From: Chrysomallon squamiferum
Taxonomy: Eukaryota > Animalia > Mollusca
Direction of reading: 5' to 3'
Assembly: GCA_012295275.1 (NCBI GenBank)
Contig: CM022665.1
Coordinates: forward strand, 16,244,001-16,308,000
DNA length: 64,000 nucleotides
Program-made: the position numbers and the translations under genes
Shown: in pieces, positions 32,301 through 64,000 of the stretch
How positions within the stretch are numbered: position 1 is the first letter of the stretch
Layout of the letters: every line of letters starts with the position of its first letter
The notes under the pieces: model-generated
Told to the model about the DNA's origin: nothing
Database searches by the model: none
The model's input: the letters and a program-made list of their open reading frames with translations, nothing else

Positions 32301-35300
32301 CACTGGCACTACAAATTGTACGTAAAATCGGAAAGCGTAACATAAATGATTTTCCATAATTTTCTAACAATGAATCTCTGTGACTTAAAATGCTGCGTAT
32401 AAATAATGGGTGCGTCTACACGTTTCCATGAGAATTGACTTCACCCCTCTATGGTTCCCATTAAAGTCAAGATAAAACAGTTATTAATATTGTTTATTAC
32501 TTTTATTAAATAACAACTTTAAAACTGTCGGATCTAAAAATGAACACTGGACGCCTTGTTGTGTACGGCATCTGACAGACGTAGGAAAGTCACGTTGTAT
32601 GTGTGTTTTATACTGACAAGCAGTATCGTGATAATTCAAACGAGACGTTAAATGTGATGAGATGACAGCCTTCCCACGGCCACACGTTGGCGTTTTCAGT
32701 TTGCTCTGCTATTGCGACACATTCAGTAAGCCAGTGCAAAACGTGCGCCATACTTATTTACGCAGACTTCTGATTTTTGCCTCTAAATCTAAATGAGAGA
32801 ATTCACTTAGGTATCAGCAGACACTAATAATAATCTTGTTCATTTAGCTGCATAACGTCACTGTTTATTAAGCGTTCAAAGAAGAGCGATCACTTCTCTC
32901 ACGCGGTAGCCTAATTACGTGAAAATTACCGGTATTGATCGTTTTTGCGAAATTGTGTGACGATGTCGACAAAACTAATTCGTACTATACAAGTTGTTCT
33001 TTTGGCAATAAATATCAATGATAAATAGATTTAGAGATGAATATTTTCATCTTCATTTAAAAAAAAAAAACAGAAGAGTATCCCTATTTTCTTAATGTAT
33101 ACCAAACTTATTTATCCACTTATTTACAATTATAAATGTATTTTTGTGAATCTCTATTTGCAGTGGAATTTAGTCTGTTTCAATAGTCACACACTGTATG
33201 CAGTAATTATCACAAATATAATACAGAACTACACATAAAAATAATCACAGAATGGGGAAACAAAACATATTCAGAAATCCGGGTTAGTCAAAGGCTGCTT
33301 TCGCAAAGTCCACTATATATATAAAAATATATTACAAAATCTTATATATATATATAGTTTAAGTTTAACCCCGGACACTGGTTATTCAGTTACAAACCTC
33401 TTGCTGGGAGAAATCGAGGGTGTTAGAGAAATGATAACAATAAATAAAATCAGAGCGATGAAGGTCGATAGCAAGTACATTAAGAAAATAAAACGTATAA
33501 GAAAGAAAATTCGATTACAAAATGTTAACTAAACAATCAATGCGAGCAGAGTGTATGAACTAAATGATTAAAAATATACCATAAATAAATAATAAAGAAA
33601 TCAAAATATGAAATTAAAAGAAGGAAGGAAAGAATGAGACAAAGGAAATAAAAGATAGAAAGAAAAGAAAGAAAGATAGAAATATAGAAAAGAAAGAAGG
33701 AAGGAAAAAAGAAAAGAACAAATATAGAAACAACTTAAAGAAAGAACGAAAAGAAAGAAGGAATAAAAATATAAATAAGTAAAGAAACTGAAAGAAGAAA
33801 ACAGAGAATACTGACTGAAGAGAAAATAAATAAATAAAAGCTGCTGATGACAAAACACAGAAACTAAACAGAATAACTGAGACGAGCAGTTCAGATTCCT
33901 AATACTTTATTATCTTCATCTTACCTGTCAGTGTCACGTTCACGATATACTGTTCTAATAAACTATTGTCAGACACGCTTAAAATGTTCTAGTGTGTGTG
34001 TGTGTGTATATACACACACACACACACACACACAAACATAAATACATACATACATATACATACATATATATCCCACAAAAAAATAGATGCACGCAGAAGT
34101 GAAGATAGACAAAGAACGGCGTGCTTCTGGAGCAGTGATAATTAACCTCGGTTAATGAGCAATTTGTTTTGAAGGGTGTCTGGATGGTCGAACGGTAAAA
34201 TCGCCAAAATAGAATATGATGTGGATGTGGATGTGGATGTGGATGTTACCGATGTTTATTTTCGTTACGTAATGAAGCTCATTTCATCGTGCAAATTCTA
34301 TCGACAACAAACAAGGTACCTCCTTGTCCCTCTCGTCTTAATGAATGAATAAACTAATGTACAAAACAAAGAAAGACAAAATGGACGTGAAAAGAGGTAA
34401 TAAAGCTCAACCATGCATTTATTGAAAATGATATATATTACAAAATATTTTATTGATGCATTCAGCACATATGATGTCACACACATTATCAAGTGCCATA
34501 TAGATAATGAGAAAGGGGAAAATGTACTTCAACGTTTTTGTTCTTAATTAACAACAAAGTATCTTATGTGCGTACCTTTCCATAAACCAGACAGTATAAA
34601 CCACAGTCTTTGACTGACCCTTTGTTCTGCAGGACTGAGACGAGTGGACCAAAGGACGCACCATGGACGATCGATCCAGCAGCTCGACACTCTCGACTCG
34701 TCTAGCTAGCCTACTGCCCTCTCCTACTCTCGAAACCAATCACCAGTTGAAAAGATTTAGTTTTAGGACAAACCAATGTCGCTGCCATGAACTAGGGTGT
34801 GCGGTTTCTTGGATCGATTTTCAAATGTCTTAGATCGATATCGGGTTTAAATTAGCGACTAATTCGATACATTATAATCACAAACTCTAATGAAGGATCA
34901 AGGGCAATAAATCACTTGTACTTTACCTTAAGTCGTCAGTTCATTGAAAAACTGTATTTTTAGAAACTGTGGGAGGGGTGAACTTTTATGCTTATTGTCA
35001 AATTGATTGATACATCGATATTCGTCTTCAATTGTTAATTAATCGGGGATACATACATATGCGCATTTATACATAAATTTATAACATACGTACATACATT
35101 CATTCACATATACATACATACATACATATATATACATACATATAAATATTTATATATACAAATTCACACACACATTTATACATACATATATGCACATATA
35201 CACACGAAAGAGGTAAATTAGATTTCATATACTATTGATTCTTTTCATCTTCAAAAAACATAATATAATATGTCAAACTTCTGTTTATCAATACCCACGA

Positions 35301-36349
35301 AACAAAAAAAACAAACAAAAATATCCTATATAAATAGGTCTTTTGAGATAATAAAATAACATGTTAACCTTTATCATTTCATCACAGACAATAGTAAATC
35401 TTGCGAACAAAAGATTATCATTTAAAGCTCTTTGACTTAAAGTCCATAATCGTTATTCTGCTACTGATGTAACAAATAACAGTCTAAGAAAAATTATTAT
35501 ACTGTTCGTGACATATACGATCGTTAAAATGATTTCGTGGTGTATTACTTTTCAATTATCATGATCGTAAAAGCTTGTATTATTAATTTTATACCGATTA
35601 ATCTACTTAAAACCTGTTTGCTGTACTAAAATATATTTCCTTTGTATAATATTACTTGAAACACGAATATTATTAAACTCTATACATCTTTTATGACTTT
35701 ACCTTTTATTATAATGGCTAAGTTATGAAACTAAAATATTTCAGATAGCTTCGTTGGTTTCCTACCTAGGTCTGTCGTAACATTGTTACATTTGGAAACG
35801 AAATAGAGATACCAGTGTTCGTTGTTTTACGACTGTTGAAACGAAAAGAAATTTTTACGTAATAACGTATCTGTATTGTTTGTTTATTATTATTATTATT
35901 TTTAAACATTATGCATTTGTTTAGATCTTTCAGTTTGAATTCTCTTAAATTTATATGATAACTATTTAACACACGCATATTCATTTACACATGCAAGTAG
36001 AAAAAATAGAAATAGATAAACATACATAACGTACATAAAAAGAAAAAACACAAACTGCACGCATGCAATTATACCATACATAAAAAAAATATATGAAAAA
36101 ATAATAATAAATAATAAAAGCCCAGGATAATATTACAAGAAGTAATACTTAAACATAATATAAGATTATAAACCAAGGCTAACTTCAGTAAATACCACAT
36201 TTCATTATTGTTAACAAAACTAATTCGCGGCTCTATTTGGATTTCTCATATAGAACAAACACAGCACGTATTCAGATATTTTATTGTCATAAAAACCACG
36301 TGTAATATGTAATCACTGGATCATATACACATACAAATTAACGTATATA

Positions 36350-36417
<68 letters not shown>

Positions 36418-36776
36418 ATGTGTACATAAACGTGCATTGTAATCAAAGATACATGTCTAACAAATCAAATCTTACACAAGAATAATCACGTGCATGTACT
36501 GATTTGTTGCTATTGTTTAATAATAAAGGGATATTAAGATATTTATAGGGAACGTCAGCAGCAAATAAATTCAACGAGCAGTAGCTGCAGCAGTAATATC
36601 GACAAAAGGAACAATAACAACAGCAGCAACAACAATTACCGAGCTTACTGGAACCATGGTAATGGATATTTATATAATTCATGATTAACTCATAATCAGC
36701 TGGGGTTTTTTTTCTTCCGTTTTTCTTTCCCGCTTTCGATTTCTTTCTTAATAATATTTGTTTAACGACAGCCAAG

Positions 36777-36813
<37 letters not shown>

Positions 36814-37599
36814 CGACATTTGTGACTTTGTATAATAATAAAAATAACAACAATAACAACAACAATAATAGTAATAATAGTAGTAGTAGTATAAGACGTA
36901 GTAGTAATAATAACAGTAGTAAATAGTAATAAGAAGAAAAAGAAGATGTCAAAAAATATTAAGAAAACGAATACGAAGAAATAAAACTGAAATGCAGTCT
37001 TTATTTATTTTCTGAATTGACATATCAGGAAAGTTATTTACGTTCTGTCTAGCTATGTGGCAAAAAACTTGTTTAGGAAACATTCGAAACCAAATGTTAT
37101 AAATATAGACTATTTATATATATTCTAAATTATAAATATTATAACTCAGAATTCAAAATATATCATACAGACTTTGATTTAGAAACATTCATAAGGAAAA
37201 TGAATAACATTGCAACTCTAGGCATGCGTTTGCTTAATGAAGTCATAATTAACAAACATTCTGCTGACATCCAGCACTCTAAACAACGCTCCTTTAGAAT
37301 CTGATGTTAATGTCGCCAAATAAAGTTATACAAAGCTGAGAACATTCTAAAATCAAATAAACAATTTTGTATACGCGCACGCTATCTTACGACGTTCAAA
37401 TTCACGTTTATAACCAAAATTTATGGTAAATTTTATTTTTATTATTATTATTTTTTTTTTTTCATTAATGATGCTATTTTGAGTATTTTATTCTAAGATA
37501 GAGTAGACTGTTTTATTCAGCTGGGAAAGACTTTTACTACTTTAATTTTAAGATAAAGCTACAGAGGAAACTAAGCCGCTGTCTGCATATAACAGCCAG

Positions 37600-37693
37600 T
37601 GTCACATTCAAGAGATTTGTCTGGTCACATTCAAAGAGTGTCTGGCGACTTTCAAGAGAATGTCAGGTCACATTCACGAGATTGTCTGGCGAA
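37600..37693. repeat. ~22-bp tandem repeat (about 4 copies) in probable 3' UTR of gene C
   Basis: Units like GTCACATTCAAGAGATTGTCTG. Confidence 0.75.
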
Positions 37694-37757
37694 ATATTTG
37701 TTGGATGTTCAACACACGGTGTTGTGGATGATGTCGTTTGTGTGTTCAGTGTTTTGG

Positions 37758-48511
<10,754 letters not shown>

Positions 48512-50590
48512 TATCTAATCTTCAAATGTAACATACCCTCGCCTGAAACAAAAATCTTACATTGTTAAACTTGTAATCAATACGGATGAATAATCAACTA
48601 GCATATATATGTGTGTGTGTGTGTGTGTGTGTAATATTATATAACATAATACAATACAATGCAATATATTATACTATACAATAATGTAATATAATATTAC
48701 ATTACATAACACAATAAAATATAATACAATATAATATAATATAATATAATATAATATAAAATAATATGAATTTCCAAACATAAAAAGAAAAAATCTGGTA
48801 TACGGATGAATAATCGACTAGCATATTGACGTTTATCGTGCAGAATTTTGTGTGTGTTTAATATTATATAACATAATGCAATACAATATAATACTACATA
48901 ATATAGTTTAATATATTATAATTGTTCTATCATATATATTTAATATATATGCATGTATGTATATATACTAGTATATGCGTGTGTGTGTTTGTGTGTCTGT
49001 GTATATACTATTACATAACATAATACAGTACAATATAATATAATATAATATAATATAATATAATATAATATAATATAATATAGTAACAACAACAACAATA
49101 ATAATAATAAAATGAAAAAAAGCCATTCGTTTTGTGCACGGAAAATCACGGATATTGGACACATTTAACAAATTATGGTATTATGAATAGAAAATAAAGA
49201 ATGAATGAAAGGAAATAGTTTGGGATATATACAGCTTTGTGTTGTTACATAAATGACCACACCATTTTCGGAAGATGAGCATCAAAGTTGAGCAACATTT
49301 TAACAACTGTAACTGAAGATACATAACTTTGCCTAACAAGTAATTCGTGTCAAATAAACCAGCCAAACTATCCAAAAAGATAACTTAGAACCCCAAAATG
49401 GGTAACTGAAATATGAAATGTTGAACGTTATCGCATTATAGTTCAGAATTAGGTAGATGTTAAGGTGAAGATTAAAATAAATAAAAATGAATGAACGAAT
49501 GAATGAATGAATGAATGAATAAAACTAGAAATCTAAAAATAGCTATTTTTGGCGTGAGTGAAATTACTGCTTCAAAACATACTGTTCAACTTATCCACGA
49601 TTTTCGCATGCACGTTATAACTAAACCTACAAGCATATCAGTAGCATAAACATACCTTACGAAAATAAAGACTATAATGTTACTTTAACATTTTAAACTC
49701 TGAAGAATCCATGCAGTTCCAGACTCCTAAATGTACATAAATCCAAATAACCAAAGTTCCAAAAACACGCACAAACAAATTATAATGCTACTCTACAATA
49801 CGAAGTGACACATTTTACACACTTGTCCTAAGTAAGTAAAAAGAAATTCTAAATATTACTTTACCATTCAAAACTCACAATAACACACCATCACTCCGAT
49901 TCACTTATACGCAAGTCCTGTTTTCCTGGGCTTCCGTATGTTGTATGTGATCTGTGTATTGATTCTGGTATTTCTAACTGTTATTAAAGAAATATGTAAT
50001 AAGCTCTTGATTCGCCCGCGCGATGAATTACTAATTTTTTTTCTTACTTTTTTTTTCTTCAGACATACTGAAAATAATGTCTGTTGTGTTCGTCAGATCA
50101 GCTTGAACACATTAGTAACGTGGATGGCCTACCGTTTTTATTCATCTCTGAAGAGAGAGGGTATAATTATTTTACAAAAATTAACTTTAAAAATATGACT
50201 GAGTCTTCAGTTAATCGGTATGTTGTGTCTAGGCTACGAACGAATCTATAATTAACTGCTATTTATTTGTTTGTTTGTTTGTTTGTTTAATATGTATGTC
50301 TAGAAAAGGATAAAAATGAAAAAAATAAAATGATTTACAAATATGATTTTCAAAACAAGACAGCATCACCCATAAAAACATTTCGAAGCTTAAACAGTTT
50401 CTTTATTATTATTTCTTAGCCAGTGCTTACCACTCTCTCTCTGTCCTCTCTCCCTTTCTTTCTATTCGTTCTTTCTGTAGCTTTTCATCCTTTCCTTTTT
50501 CTCCGTATGTGTATCTGTCTTCATTTGTTTAGCTCACTATTTCTCTCCTTTTCCTTTTCTCTTTGTCTCTCTTTCACTGTCATTCTTTCA

Positions 50591-50705
<115 letters not shown>

Positions 50706-51475
50706 TTTCTGGGCATATGTTGTAAAACAAAAGAAGATTTGTGTACATGACCAGCTAATCTTTTCTCGGCACCTGCAACAACTACTGTCACTAATTACAG
50801 GAAGCTGTAAAGAACTCCACAGCGTTTTCTTTCATCTCGAGTTATTTATCTCGTTTTTACTTTGAGATTTGGTTCTTTATCCGTTTTATAGGTCCCCAGG
50901 CTTTTGGCACATGTGTTAATATTGACCACCGTCATTTACTTAAAAGAAGAAAAATACAATTGTCTAATTTTCTGTTACTAAATACATGTATGTAAAATAG
51001 ATAGTAATAATATGTTGTTGTTTTTTCTTAAATCTCCTTTCTTTCTCCCTTTTTTTTTTTTTTTTGATTTTTAATTTTTTTTTAACTTATTTTGTTTTGA
51101 TTCGTTATGAACTGCAGTACATTACACTTCTTTGTTATGAGTTTATTTTTTAATGTCAGCCAGATGATGGCTTTTATCATAACAATGATGATTATGATGA
51201 TGATGACAGAGATGATGATTGTTATGGTAATAACGATGATGATGATGATAATCCTGACAATGAGGATGATCACGATGGTTATGATGATAAAGATGATAAT
51301 AATAATTATAATGATGACAACGATAATAATAATGATGATGATGATTATAATCAATTAAAACCTAGAGTGTAGGAGATGCATCTTCCTGCATTCTGGGAAG
51401 TAACTGGCAAGGGAGGTAATGAAGTTAGTGTCTATCTGTGAGTCTGTGAAAGCATTATACACATTTCTACTGCGA

Positions 51476-51740
51476 ATTATATTATATTATATTATATTAT
51501 ATTATATTATATTATATTATATTATATTATATTATGTTATGTTATGTTATATTATGTTATGTTATGTTATGTTATATTATATTATATTATGTTATGTTAT
51601 ATTATGTTATGTTATGTTATATTATATTATATTATGTTATGTTATGTTATATGATATTATATTATATTATGTTATGTCATATTATATTATATTACATTGT
51701 ATTATATTATATTATGTTATATTATATTATATTCTATTAT
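51476..51740. repeat. (TATAT/TATGT)n pentanucleotide microsatellite
   Basis: More than 50 ATTAT/GTTAT units between genes D and C. Confidence 0.95.
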
Positions 51741-52043
51741 ACTGTTTATTCATTCGTTCATTCATTTATGATTTATTTATTTCTACTATGAACAAATACT
51801 TTCAAATTTATTCACACCTAGATTATAGATATTTTTAGATGCACATAAATATAACAGACTACAGACATCACTTCCTCCATAAGAAGAAATATTCCTGATA
51901 CAACACAAAATCATACTTATAAGGTCTCCTGTATGTAACTTGAAACGTCGCTTTACAGGTTACGTATCTTCAAAACCGGTAGCACATCTGACTTTTTAGA
52001 CTGAGTAGACAAATAGTAACAGAAAAATATTAATAGTGCATTG

Positions 52044-52174
<131 letters not shown>

Positions 52175-52395
52175 GTCTGGCATTCGATCTGTCTTTCTCG
52201 CTTTCTCTCTCTCACACTTTGCGAACACATAAACACAGTCATAATAACCAACAATATTAACAAAACTTGATAAAACTGATTTTGACCATAGTTTCTTGAA
52301 AAGGAAAGGTGAAATATTTGTATCCATTAAAAACACAGGTATTTACATATTTATTTATTACACAGTAATTTTTATTGTATTTATTTATTTATTTA

Positions 52396-62494
<10,099 letters not shown>

Positions 62495-62588
62495 CTAAAT
62501 AATGAGAAGTATTAAATATAATTATAAATGTGTGTAAGAGAAAAGGTGATTGAGAGAAAGAGAAAGAGGGAGAGAGTCTGACAGAGCG

Positions 62589-62619
<31 letters not shown>

Positions 62620-63635
62620 TAGAGAGAGAGAGAAAAAAAAAAAAAGAATATAGATCTAACATCCATTCACATTTTAAAAGTTATTCATATTATTCATATA
62701 TTTATTTATTTATTTATTATTATTATTATTATTATTCTGCTTCTGCTTCTTCTTCTTCTTCTTCTTCTTTTCATCTCAGTTATTGTTGTTATTATTATTA
62801 TTGTTGTTGTTGTTGCTGTTGATGATGTTATTGGTGGTAGTGGCGGTGGTGGTGATGGTGGTAGTGGTACGCGGAACGTACGTGCACGGTCTTTTCGTGT
62901 TGATCAGTGGATGAGTACTGGGTACAGTGATCATGCGACTGAATATCAAAGAATTATTTTTTTTATGTATGCTAATGGAAGACTTAAACACAGAGAAAAC
63001 AAAAGACAATAACATTCAACAAAATTAGATAATCAACCAAAACTGAAATGGAATTTCAAAAATCAATTAAGAACTGTTAACTTAAAACAGTCTTTACAAC
63101 GATGCGCGATATATTCATCAGAATGACATTGCCTGTTGTTTATTTAATTTAGTGTGATATTAGTTTGATGAAAATGGATCATTTTAACCATATGTATATT
63201 TATTTTTGTATGTAAAGTTTATCTGGCATTTTGATAGTCCGTGTGCATCGTGTGAATGAATGCTGCATTATTTATTTTAGTGTTTATATCTGTCGACACA
63301 TTGTCAGTAAACTATGCAAATTCTGAAATGTCTTCTAAGCTTCTGAGCAAATGTAAAATCGTTAAAAACTATTTCCATTTCCATTACTCTCTTTATTTGT
63401 TTTCAGGGATTTATAGCAGAAGTTAGAGAATGAAACCCCATCTGAATACAAGAGCGTTAAAACGGTTTCTAACTACAGTGGATTCTCGATGTAACAAACT
63501 AACACATGAGACTTTTGATAACGACAGTACCTCAAATCCCGCGTGTTTCTAAATGATAATTATTTTAATATAGTAACTGACATTGAGTAATTTTAATATA
63601 AATAACACGAAATATATATTGATATATTCATAATG

Positions 63636-63725
63636 TTTAATATTTGAAATACTCATCATTTTTAATATTTGAAATACTCATCATTTTTAATATTTAAAAT
63701 ACTTATAATTTTTAATATTAAATAT
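63636..63725. repeat. ~24-bp tandem repeat (about 3.5 copies)
   Basis: TTTAATATTTGAAATACTCATCATT units. Confidence 0.8.
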
Positions 63726-64000
63726 TATAATGAAACTTTTTTTAGTGAAACGTCGTCCCGGGATGGTGTCAGACAAATGGGTAACAGCCACAGGTTATAA
63801 TCAACTTGCAGTTGTTTTTACTTAGAATATCCCGATCTGAGTAAAAGTGAAAATATTCTCTATAATCATGAAAAAAGATACTTGAACCTACATCATCAGC
63901 GTGAAAATCCATGTTCTGCCATCCAGTTAATTTACAATTATCTGCTGTCATTACGAGCTGCTAATGTCTAGCGTTTCTTTGCATACAACTGCATTTATGT

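Noticed and set aside
48580-48900. ~220-bp local duplication (TACGGATGAATAATC.ACTAGCATAT twice)
   Set aside because: Real but mostly low-complexity; no function can be supported.

Overview
AT-rich, microsatellite-saturated animal genomic DNA. The repeat style suggests an invertebrate, possibly a mollusc, but this cannot be proven from the sequence. The window holds a tandem cluster of four paralogous multi-exon class C GPCR genes of the GABA-B receptor family, reconstructed by hand from splice sites and reading frames. Gene A (+, 3598-13060, 723 aa) and gene B (-, 23715-14324, 736 aa) lie tail-to-tail. Gene C (-, 48511-37758, about 734 aa) and gene D (-, 5' exons beyond the window end, 62494-52396 visible) are tandem. 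All reconstructed exons are intact and share exon sizes and phases. The proteins combine a Venus flytrap domain retaining only part of the GABA-B1 ligand pocket, a GABA-B2-like 7TM domain, and a very short tail with no coiled coil. This suggests a lineage-specific family of possibly self-sufficient, non-GABA (e.g. chemosensory) receptors. Paralogues show exon-sized patches of near-identity amid otherwise diverged exons, consistent with gene conversion. Also present: a 32-bp satellite with higher-order structure, two copies of a tRNA-like SINE, DNA-transposon fragments and several minisatellites. Most ORFs in the supplied track are microsatellite artefacts.
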